Shown here: piece after piece, positions 53,948 to 64,000 of the stretch
How positions within the stretch are numbered: position 1 is the stretch's first letter
Layout: every line of letters starts with the position of its first letter
Assembly (NCBI GenBank): GCA_004431415.1
Contig: QPMI01000186.1
Span: forward strand, 1 to 64,000
From: Cyanophora paradoxa CCMP329
Taxonomy: Eukaryota; Plantae; Glaucophyta
Length of the DNA: 64,000 nt
Reading direction: 5' to 3'
The notes under the pieces: generated by a model
Seen by the model: only the letters and a program-made list of their open reading frames with translations
Database searches by the model: none
What the model was told of the DNA's origin: nothing
Made by a program: the position numbers and the translations under genes

Positions 53948-56900
53948 GTGCGCACGATGGCGCGGCGGGCGAGGGCGATGCTGAACGCCGGCGGCTTGAG
54001 GTAGAGCCGGCAGACTGCGCGCCCCGCCGCCCCCCTCAGCGGCCCCGCGCGAGGCGTGCCGGGCGCGGCGCGGCGGGGGCGGGGCGGCACGCACAGGCGA
54101 CCTTCTCGCACCAGTAGGTGACCGTGAACAGCGCGGCGGCGAGGGGCACCAGGATCGGCATCCTGCGGGGGGCGGCCCGCCGCCGTCGGCGAGGGGCGAG
54201 GGGCGCGGGGAGGGGAGGGGTACGGGGGGCCCGGACCCGGCGGAGTAGAGGAGGCAGGTGAAGAGGAGGGCGAGGGCGGAGGCGAGCTGCGAGGGGACGT
54301 CGAACGTGCGGCCCTCGTACGCCCGGTCCAGGTCCCTGCGCCCCTGTCGCCCCGCGGCGCCGGCGCCGGCGGCGGGCGGCGCGGGGGCCGCACCCCTGCG
54401 TGGCGGCCGAGCGGCGGGCGCGCCAGCGGCGGAGGGCCTGCGTGCGCGCGTGCGTGCGTGCGGGGCGTGAGAGGGGCCGCGGGGGCCCCGCGGGCGCGGG
54501 GGCGACCTTGAGGGGGAGGAAGGCGAGGGGAGGAGGCCCGAGGAGAGGGCCGAGGTGGCCAGCTGCGGCGGGGCCGGCGGCGGGCGGCGTCACGGGGGCG
54601 CGGCGGCGCCCTCCGGCGCCCCCGCGCGGCGGCGCACGGCGACGACGATGGAGGCGCCGACGGTGCGGTACCTGCCGCGCGGGGCCCCGCCCTCAGCGCC
54701 CGCCCCCCGCCGCCCCTCGGCGGCCGCGCGGGCGGGGGGCGGGGCGCGCCACGCGGACTCGAAGTCGTCGTAGACGCCGAAGAAGAGGGGCACGCCGGCC
54801 GCCTCCGCCCCGGGGCCCGCCAGCCGCGCGTTCACCGCCTGCCCGCCCCGCTCGCGAGGGGAGGGCCGGGGAGGGGCGGAGTCGGGGGCGCACGAGGGCG
54901 ATCAGAGCGGTGTTGACGAACTGGGCGACTGTGAGCAGCCAGAGGGACTGGAGCGAGCGGCCGGTCGCCGTGTGGAAGCGCCCGAAGGAGGTCAGCCCTG
55001 CCGCCCCGCTAAGGGGGGCCGGGGCGGGGCGGGCGCGGGCGGCGCGGGGGCGGACGCTTGACGGCGCGGACGGTGAGGAGGTTGACGGCCGTCACGACGA
55101 GCACCACCGCCGCCTGCAGGCCTGCAGGGCCCCCGCCCCCGTCTCGCGGGGCGGCGGGGCGGCGTCTCGGGGGGCGGGCGCCGCACCGGTGAGCTTGGCG
55201 AGGTCCTGCAGGAAGGGCGCGCAGCGCGGCTCCCGCACCACCTCCCCCGGATCCAGCTCCTCGCAGTACTCGTTCTGCCCCCGCGGCTCAGGTCGCACAC
55301 GGGCGCACGAGCGGGGAGCGGCCCGGGCGGGGCGGGGCGGGGCGGGCGTGGGGGCGGACGCGGCAGACGGCGACGTGGAAGAGGCGGAGCTCCTGCGAGA
55401 GGCCCTGCGGGGGCGCGCCGGCGTGGCCGTGAGGCGGCTGCGGGCTGCGGGCTGCGGGGGCGCGGGGCGCGGGGCGCGGGGCGGGCGCCTTGCAGAAGCG
55501 GACGGCGCAGTTGGGGTTCGTGAGGGCGCCCGTGGCGGCGTCGGCGACGTCCTCGAGGGCGGGGTACAGCAGCCGGCAGCGGCTCTCCGTGGGGAAGACG
55601 GAGGCGGCCTGCCCCTGCGCCCCGTACACGGCGGCGGCGGTGGCGACCATGAGCGCCAGCGCCGCCGCCACCAGCAGCAGGAGGCGCAGGAAGCGCGAGA
55701 CCGGCCCCACCTGCCGCCGCTCGTGAGGGGGGGCCGGCCGGCGGCCGAGGGCGGAGGGCGGCGGGGGCGCGCCGGCAGGTTCTCCCAGAAGATGTCCGAC
55801 GGCTCCGGCGCCCGCTCCATCCGAAGGGGGTGTCTCCCCCGGAACCTGCGCGGCGAGCGTGAGCTGCGCAGGGGGGACGGGGCCGGGGGCCGCCACTTGC
55901 CAGGAGGGGTCCTCGCTGGGCCCGCAGCAGCCGCAGAGGGCGCGGCGCAGGCGCGAGGGGCCCCGCCGCCCCTCCGCCGCCGCCCGCTCCGCCGCCGCCT
56001 TCTCCCTGCGCGCCGGCCGCCCTCAGCACAGGCGGCGCCCCGCCGGCGAGCTCCCCCGAGGCCGGCGCACCGGAAGATGACGAAGGCGCAGACCACGCGG
56101 GCGCTCTGGCGGGGGCGAGGTCAGGGGCCCCGGGCCGCCCTTCCGGGCTGGGGGGGAAGGAGGACCTGGGGCCGGGCGCGGCGGGCGGCGATGGCGCGGT
56201 CAACCTCCTCCAGCCGCCCCACCGCCCTCGCTGCCCCCGCGGGGTGAGGGGGCCGAGGCCAGGGGCCAGGAAAGGGAGGCGAGGGGGCACCGAGGGCGCG
56301 GGAGGGGGCGGGGGCGGCGGGGGCGGCGCCGTCGGCAGCGGCGGCTGCGGCCTCCTTCTCGGCGCGGGCGGCGAGGACGCGCTCCCGCTCCACCCGCTCG
56401 GCCCGCCCCGCCCGCTGCCGGCCGGCGTCGTGAGGGGCCGGGGCCGGGGCCGGGGCCGGGGTGCGGGGCCGGGGCGGACGGCGCGGTAGAGGGAGAGGAG
56501 GACGGCATCGTTCCGCGCCAGCGCCACCTCCTCCACCTGCAGGCCCGGCTCGGCGGGGCTCGGTTGCGGCGCGCGCGGAGGGGCGCGCCTGGCCGTAGGC
56601 GGCGGCGAGGTGCGCCGCGAGCTCCTCCTCCCGGGCGTCCCCGGGCAGGCCCCACACCTGCGCCGGCCCTGAGCGCTCGCGGTCGCCCCCCGCGCTCCGC
56701 CCTCTGCGGGCACCTGGACGGCGTAGTCGGCGCAGGAGGCCTGCTCGGCGGCCGCCTCGCGCGCGGCGCGCCCCTGCCTCCAGCGCAGGATCGCCAGCGC
56801 GGCGAGGAAGACCAGGCTGTACCCCACGTCCAGGCAGCTGCGGGGGCGGGTGAGGGGCGGGCGGGGGGGCGCGGGGCCGGGGGGCGCGGGCCTCATGGCG

Positions 56901-57725
56901 AGGCCGGCGGTCTTGGCGGTGATGCCGGCGCTGAAGCCGTAGAGGCTCACGCTGTAGTCCGCGAAGGTCGTCGCGTGCTGCCCCGGGGCCCGCCCGTGAG
57001 GCCCGGGGCGGCCTACGGGCCGGCGGAGGGTGCGCGGCGCCGGTCCCCGCGCGCACCCGCTCGCCCAGGTTGCCGACGGTGGTGGCGGGGATGGGGATCT
57101 GCGGGCGCGGGGGGCGAGGCCCTCGGTGCGGCCTCGGGCGCCCCGGGGCGCGGGCGGGGCGCACGCGGTCGCTGTTGCTGCGGATGCGGCTGCCCGAGAG
57201 GTTGAAGTAGAGGGCGGGCACCGTGAAGCTGGGGGGCCCCGGGCCGGGTCAGCGCGCGGCGCCAGGCTAGGGAGGGCGGCGGCCGCCGAGGCGGGGCCCG
57301 GGGGGCGGGGGGCGGAGGGCGGCTCACACAGACATCGCCGCGAAGACGAACGCCATCGCCTTCAGAAACTCAAAGTAGAGCCCGACCTGAGGCGCGCTGG
57401 GTTCGGGCAGGGCGCCGCGCGCGGCACTCGCGCGCGCGCCCCCCGGCACGCACCCCGAGCCCGAATCGCATCTGCGCTCGGCGTGGAGAGCGTCAGATGC
57501 GATCCGCGCGCGGGGCGGGAGGTCCGCACGAGGGTCGGGGCCCCCGTGTGCCACACTCGGAGGGGCTTGAGGGCGCCGCCGCGGGCCTCGCGCGGGTGCA
57601 CCTCGTCCGCGTGCTTCTTCGCCTACGCAACGCGCTCATCAGTGGTTGGATCTCCCGTCGGGCAGAGCGGCAGCGCTTCTGACCAGCTCGACGACGGGTA
57701 AGCGGAAAGCGGCCCATGTCGCCAT
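52723..57725 (-). CDS. OSCA/TMEM63 (CSC1)- or TMC-like multi-pass channel
   Basis: FGLG|VGLYFEFLKAMAFVF, TTVGNLG, SCADYAVQ|VWGLP, CAFVIF, RAPEPSDIFWENL, QFVNTALI, YDDF, TQ|RDLDRAYEGRTFD, LLYSAG|MPILVP..YWCEK. The 3' end is approximate. Confidence 0.8.
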
Positions 57726-57980
57726 CTCTCCGGGAGGTCGGCCGGCCTATAGCTAGCTGCGCAGAGGTCAAGCTCCTGCTAGCCTCCTGGCGCTCCGCGC
57801 CGCTTGGCGGTCCTGGTTGCCAGCGTGCCAGCTGGACAACTGCGAAGCTAGCTCGTTGAGGGTGCCGAGTGTCCCGCGCGCTGATGCACAGTCTGCAGCT
57901 GCCTGAGCCTCGCTCCCCTGAAGTCCCTTCAACGCTCGAATTTTTTGGAGTACTGGGTAGAGCAATTCTCTGTGGAAAAA

Positions 57981-58734
57981 ATGGCCTTCACCATCGCCCC
58001 TGTAGCCTCGATCCGCGCGCGCGCCCTCGGATACATCGGGTCGCTCTCTACGCATGAGCTTCGCCCGGCGCCCCAGCGCCGCCAGCCGCAGCAGACCCCG
58101 CATCACGCCGCACGCGCGGAGCACTTCGACGCTCAGGCGGATGCCAGCCGCCGCTTCACTGTGTCTCGTCGGTCCAGCCTCGCCACCGTCCTGGCGGCAA
58201 TGACGGCCGCGTTTGCCGGCTCGGACGCGGCGCGCGCACGCGACCTCGCGCCTTACTTCCGGGTTATCGGATTCATGCCGGTGCGTCGCCTGCGGTTAGA
58301 CGCAACGGCCCGCACCGATCGCTTGCCGCCGCATGCGCACGTGGCGCCGGCCCGACGAGCCGCTGAGCCGCGCGTCCCGGCAGGTCGTGCTGAAGCAGCT
58401 GCAGAAGGAGCTGGAGGCGAAGGACTACAACAAGGCGCGGGCCCTCCTGCGCGTGCCGCCCCTGAGCGAGATCCGCGGCGCGCTCTTCTGGACGTCGAAG
58501 AGCCTGGAGGGGACGGAGTGGGGCGAGAAGACGGCGGCGCTCTACAAGGCCACGATCGCGGACGTGCAGAAGTTCGACGACCAGATGCTGCGCCTCGAGC
58601 GCGCCCAGGGCGAGGAGGCGGCGAACGCGCAGAAGGCGGCCGAGGTCGTCGCCTCGCTGCAGGCGAACCTCGACTCATTCATCGCCGCCCTCCCGGCCGA
58701 GTACCGCGACCAGATCTCCTCCGGATCCAGCTAG
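57981..58734 (+). CDS. Nucleus-encoded thylakoid-lumen protein, PsbQ-like four-helix type
   Basis: Transit peptide MAFTIAPV.., twin-arginine lumen signal SRRSSLATVLAAMTAAFAGSDAARA, one intron 58281-58383, and helical mature region LQKELEAKDYNKARALLR..EIR..LDSFIA. Confidence 0.7.
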
Positions 58735-59218
58735 CCTACAGTCGCTGTATAGCCTTGTGTGTTCAAGTTCAGGATCAGGAAACTCGTACGACCCAATTCT
58801 CGGGTCCTGCACCGGTACCCGCGGGACGAACGCTGATCATGAATGAGCCGCGATGACGCCCTCCCCCTGGGTTGCGGTTTGCAATTGTAATGCGATGATA
58901 TTGGAACACTGAACAATATGAAGAGCGAAAAGTGAATGATGCGGTCAACGCGCGCGGTCTCTTAAAGAAGCAACTGAGGCCAAGAGCGACAGGACACATT
59001 ACGAAAAAATTTAAAAAGGAGTGAAGCCATAGAGAGCGAAATTTCCTCCTAACAGTTCTCTGCTCTGCTCTGCTCTGCGCGCCTGTGCCGCTCGGCCGCT
59101 GCGCGCGGTCGGCTCGAGTGGCTGCCACCGCACGCCCCTCGCTAAGCTACTAACGCTACCTTACTTAACTTGACTTACGCTACGGTGCCGGCAGAGGGAG
59201 GCGGCGGCGGGCGACGGG

Positions 59219-60344
59219 TCACTGGTCCGGGACGGGGACGCCGTGCTGGCGGAGGAGCTCGAGGCTCCTCTCGAGGCGCTCCTCGAGCCGCCGCTTCTCC
59301 AGGGCGGCCGCCGCAAGCTGGCCGATCTTCTCGAAGAGTGCTTTGGCCTTGCTCTCCCGGTCCGCATCGGCCGCCTTGCGCAGCTGCGCCTCCCGCTCCG
59401 CCTCCGCCTGGCTCTCCGTCGCCGCCTGGCTCGCCTGCTTCCACATCTCCCGCACTGCGCCGACCCGCGTCAGCGCCGCCCTCGCGGGGGCGACTGCGCG
59501 GGGCGGGGCGCACTCTGCTGGAGCTCCTCCTCGAGGGTGCCGGCGCGCGCCTCGGCCGTGTGCAGCTCCTCCTCCAGCGTGCTCACGTGCGCCCCGAGCG
59601 TATCCTGCCCCGCCCCCGTCAGCGCCCTCTGGGACCCCGTCGCCGCTCCGAGCTCGGGTGCGCGCGCACCACGGCCTCGGCCCCCTTCTGGCGCATCCCC
59701 TCCGCCTTCTCCTCGGCGAGCTTGAGCTTCGCCTCCAGCTCCTCCAGGCGCGACCGCAGCAGCGCGCACTCCCGCCGGATTTCGTCCTTGCTCCGGTTCC
59801 TGCGGCGCCCGGTCGGGCGGGGGCGGCGGCGCAGGCGGCGGCCGGCGGCGCACGTGTCCTGGACCTCGCGGTGCAGCCTCTCGTTCTCGAACGAGACGCG
59901 CGAGAGCTCTGCCTTCGACAGGTCGTGCGCCGCCTGCAGGGCCTGCCCCCGACCGGTCAGGCGCCGCGTGCTGGTGCCGGAGGGGAGGAATGCGCGCACG
60001 TCGAGCTCGCGCCTCAGGGCCAAGGCGCTCGCGACGGCCGCGGAGTGGTCCTCCCGCGGCCGGGCGTCGGGCTTGTTGCAGAACCTATTGATTCCTAGGC
60101 ACCCGAACCATCTGATCAACAGAGGCAGCTCTTCCTCGCCCGAGCCGCTGTTGTCGCTGTTATACTCCTTCTTCTCCATGGACACTGTTCGTGCGGCGCC
60201 TGAGTTCGGCGCCGGAGGGCGCGACGCGGGAACGTTTGCACCGGAGGCGGGCAGCGGGGACGGCGGGAGCGGGCGCTTGCACGGCGAGCCCGTCGGCGTC
60301 TGAGAGAGCGACATGCTCGAGGACATGGGCCCGTCGTATGGCAT
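59219..60344 (-). CDS. Hypothetical coiled-coil protein
   Basis: Spliced heptad-rich exons (ELSRVSFENERLHRE, LRSRLEELEAKLKLAEE, LEKRRLEERLERSLELL). Confidence 0.72.
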
Positions 60345-60782
60345 CGTTCTCTCCGATCGTATCCGGCAACGGCAGAGCAAGATCTCCGGCGGATCCGCCC
60401 CCGACGGCTGAACCGATCAAGTGTAGAATGAGCGACAGGAGTCGCGGTGAGAAGCTGCTGCGTGCGAAGCTGGAGGGGACACTCGGGCAGCAGGCTGCAG
60501 GCTGCAGGCTGGTTCTCTCGCACTGCGGCACGCGCGTTCAACGCTGTAGCCGGCTACTAGCGTCTAGAGCTCCGTCAATCGTGCAGAGGCTCGAGTGGGG
60601 AAAGACGAAGACGAGCGCACTGCCAATAACTGCCCAACTGTTGCTCGATTGCCCTACCCCCCCCGGGGCGCCTTCGTTCGCTCTTCGAATTCCCTTCGTT
60701 CGCAGTGAGTGAACACCCAAGTTGAGGCACAACTACTTCTCTTCGCCCTTCCCTGATTGTAAACAGGCGCAGCGGGGCGGGG

Positions 60783-63700
60783 CTAGTAGCGGGCGGCCTC
60801 GGCGACGCGGTTGAGGGAGATGAGGGTGTTGCGGAGGCGGGCGCGGGCCTCGGCGTGCTCCGGGGCGAGCGCCGGGAGGTCCGCCTCGCACGCCCCCACC
60901 GCCTGCTGCAGCGCCGCCACCGCCTCCTCCGCGTTCCCCAGCTCCCACGCCGCCGTCGCCACCCCCGAGAGCGCCACGTGCAGGTCCTGCGCCGCCAGCG
61001 TCCCTGCCGCACGCGCCCGCCACGGTCAGCCGGGGCCCCCGCGAAAGAAGTGAGGCGCTGGAGCGGGGCGCACCCTGCGCGACGGAGCGGCGGAGGGCGG
61101 CGTCGGCGAGCTGCCAGCGCCCGTGCTGCAGGTACAGGTCCCCGATTTGCCTGCTCGGGGCCCCGTCAGCTGCTGCTGCTGCGCCGCCCCGGGCCGCGGC
61201 GCGGCGGGCGCGGCGGGCGGGGCGCGCCTGAGGATGCCGGCGTCGGTGATGTTCTGCTTCAGCGCCTCCTTGAGCGCCATGTCCGCCTGCACGCGCCCGC
61301 CCGCCGTAAGACAGAGGCCGGGCGCGGGGGAGGGGAGATGCGGGCGGGCCTCGTTGAGGCGGGCGAGCTGGAGGCAGAGGCAGCAGAGGTAGCCCCAGAC
61401 GTCCGGCTCCTGGTTGTTGCGCAGGTTCGCCTCCTGCCCCCGCCCCGGCGTGAGCGCCCGGCCGGCGCCGCGCGGCGCGGCGCGGCAGAGGCGGGGGCGG
61501 ACGGCGAGGGCCTCCTCGGCGCCCTTGAAGTCGCGGAGGCAGTACATGGCGAGGCCGACGCCGAGCCAGGTGGTGCAGGACGGCTCGAGCTGGCAGGCCT
61601 CGAAGTACGCGTCCCGCGCCTCCTGGTGCTTCCCCTCCCCCTGGTAGAGGCGCCCCAGCTTCACCCAGAAGGCCGCCTCCCGCGGCTGCCCCACCTTCAG
61701 CACCGACTCCAGGTGCCCCAGCGCCTCCCCCGCCCGCCCCGTCGCCAGCGCCGCGTCGGCGCGGAGCGCCCGCGCCCGCATCGCGATGGCGTTGGCGGCG
61801 GCCGCGGAGGCGGCGGCCTGGGCCGGGGTGAGGGCGGGGGCGACGGGGAGGAGGCCTTGGGCTTGGCGCCGGGCGGGGGCGAGGGGCCGGCGGCTGCTGC
61901 TGGGAGACGGAGGGACGGCGGGCGGCGGCGGCGGGGGTGCCGGAAACCGAGGAGCGGCGGCTGCCGGGGGCGGGGCGGAGAGGGGGGCGGCGGCGGGGGG
62001 CGGGGAGGGGCCCCGGAGCGGCTCGGGCGGGGGCGGGTTGCCCGGGTTGGCGGAGGCGTCGGCAGCGAGGGCGGCGGCGGCGGCCCAGTCGGCGGCGGCG
62101 GCGGCGCAGCGGGCGCGGGCGAGGGCGAGGGCGCCGGACTTGCCGCGCTCGGCCTCGTGGCGGAGGAGGAGCTGCTCGGCGAGGGGCGCGAGGCGCAGCT
62201 CCAGGAGGTACTCCGCCGCCGCCATCTCCATCGACTCCGACGCGCTCGACGCCCCTGCCCCGTCCGCCCGGCCCCCCGCGCCTCAGCGCCCCCGGGGCCG
62301 CGGCGGGCGCCGCCCCGGGCGGGCGCACCGTGGCGCTCCTTGTAGGCGGCGTAGGCGGCGTCGAGGGCGTTCGCGGCGTCGTCGGGGCGCTCGGCGGCCT
62401 CGAAGAGGAGGCCCTGCGGGGGGGGCGGGGCTCGGGGGCGGGCGGGGGCGGCTGCGGGGGCGGGGCGGGCGCACGAGGAGGACGAGGGCGACGGGGTCCC
62501 CCAGGTCCCCCTCCATCGCCCCCTGCCCCGCGCCCCCGTCAGCGACCCCGCCGCCGGGGCGTGCGGGCGGGGAGGGCCTCGGGCGGGGCGGGGCGGGCCT
62601 GGAGGAAGGAGTCGGCGAGGTCGAGGCGGCCCTGGGAGAGGAGGAGGGCCCCGTAGCAGAGGAGCGCCCCCCGGTGCTCCGGCTCCAGGGCCAGCGCCTC
62701 CCGCAGCGCCTCCTCCGCCCGCCCCGCCTCCCCCGCCCGCAGCAGGAACCGGCCGTAGTCGTGCCAGAACCCCGCGTTCGTGTTCCCCTTCACGATCCGG
62801 TCCTTGTGGTACCGGTCCGCCGCCGCCAGCTGCCCCGCGCCCCCGCCCCCTCAGCCCGGCGCGGGGCGATCACGGGGGGCGGGGCGCGGGGGCACCTGGC
62901 CGTTCATCTCCGCCTCGTTGGCGAGGGCGAGGATGGCGTCGGGGAGCCCCGCCTCGCCCACGAAGGGCGGCACCGGCGGGCCCCGCTTGCCCCCCTCCTC
63001 CGGCTTCGGCGAGAAGGTCTGCGGGGCGTGAGGGGCGCCGGCGCGTGCACGGGGCGGGGCGGGGCGGGCCTTGTTGAGGGCGCGGTGCATCTCCTCGACG
63101 AGGTAGACGTAGAGGTCGGAGACGAGGGCCTCCATCTCCGCCGGCTCGCCCGCCCCCTGCCGGTGGAACTTCTCCTTGACGACCCGCACCACCGACTTCT
63201 TCAGCTTCTCCTTGAACGCGAAGTACTTCCCGCTGCTGTTCAGCTCGAAGACGAGCTTCCGCCGCCGCTCCTCTGCCTCCGCCGGCGCCCCCGCCAGCTT
63301 CTCCACCGGCGAGAAGAGGCGCCGGTACTGGTCGCACAGCTCCCCCACCATCGCCTGCCGGGCGGGCGGCGCGCGTCAGAGGCCGGGGCGCCGGGCCGAG
63401 CGCCGAGCGGGCGGGCCTGGATCTCCTTGTGGAACTCCTCGGCGGCGTCCCGCGGGGCCTGGAACTTCTTCACGCGGGGCCGCGGCGGGATGATGTCCCG
63501 CGGCCGCAGCGCCGGCTTGGGGGGCGGCTTGGGCACGAGGGCGCGCAGGAGGGCGACGTCGAGCTTGAGGAAGGTGCCGGCGGTCTGGTACGGCGAGAGG
63601 CCCGACGGGTCCTCCTCCTCCTTCTCGATCGTCGTCGCCTTCTCCTTCTTCGCCGCCGCGGGGGCCGCCCCGCCCTTCTTGTCCGCCGGCGCCCCGCCGG

Positions 63701-64000
63701 CCTTGCTCGCCGCCCGCGGCCCCCCGGCGACCGTCGCGGCCAAGCTCACCGTCGACGGGTCCTCCTCCATCCCCTGGAAGGCCTGGATGCTGCGCGGCGC
63801 GTCAGCGTCGGGGCCGCCGGCGCGCCGCCGGGGCCCGGGGGCTCACGTGAAGGTGCCCGTGGTGGCGAGGCACCCGGGGGCCAGCAGCTCGTCCAGCGGC
63901 ACGCTGAACACCCCGTGGTACTGCGCGGCAGCCTGTGAGCGCGAGTGCTGGCGCCGCGAGACCGGCGAGGGGCGGGGCCGGCGCCGCACCTTGCTCGCGT
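60783..64000 (-). CDS. CFAP70: Cilia- and flagella-associated protein 70 (TPR), 5' part outside the window
   Basis: DIIPPRP, LVFELNSSGKYFAFKEKLKKSVVRVVKEKF, LVSDLYVYLVEEMHRALN, ANEAE, WHDYGRFLL, TWLGVG..AEEALA|EANLRNNQEPDVWGYL. Confidence 0.9.

Overview
Very GC-rich, intron-dense eukaryotic nuclear DNA. Most ORFs in the six-frame track are GC-rich noise, so genes were rebuilt by hand from short exons. The host looks like a flagellated alga with a primary plastid: CFAP70 is present, and two plastid-targeted proteins have an N-terminal Phe (MAF../MTRSAAF..). A glaucophyte such as Cyanophora is my inference, not proven. Genes: two hybrid histidine kinases, three CaMKK/GRIK-like kinase domains (two apparently fused into one tandem-kinase gene), a MORN-repeat/caspase-family protease, an ACT-repeat protein, APC11, a NEK kinase, an RSZ/SRSF7-type SR protein, a beta-helix protein, an OSCA/TMC-like channel, a PsbQ-like lumen protein, two coiled-coil proteins and CFAP70. 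The main accessory feature is a truncated DIRS-type (tyrosine-recombinase) retroelement at 7.8-12.3 kb. An identical, highly structured 161-bp repeat containing a loxP-like 13-7-13 palindrome precedes both gag and pol. Gag begins with a signal-peptide-like segment, and a 69-bp direct repeat brackets the whole insert. The splicing code is also unusual: about half of homology-anchored donors in one test region are GC, introns are often C-rich then G-rich, and 8-16 nt microexons carry catalytic motifs. Gene ends in low-complexity regions are approximate.
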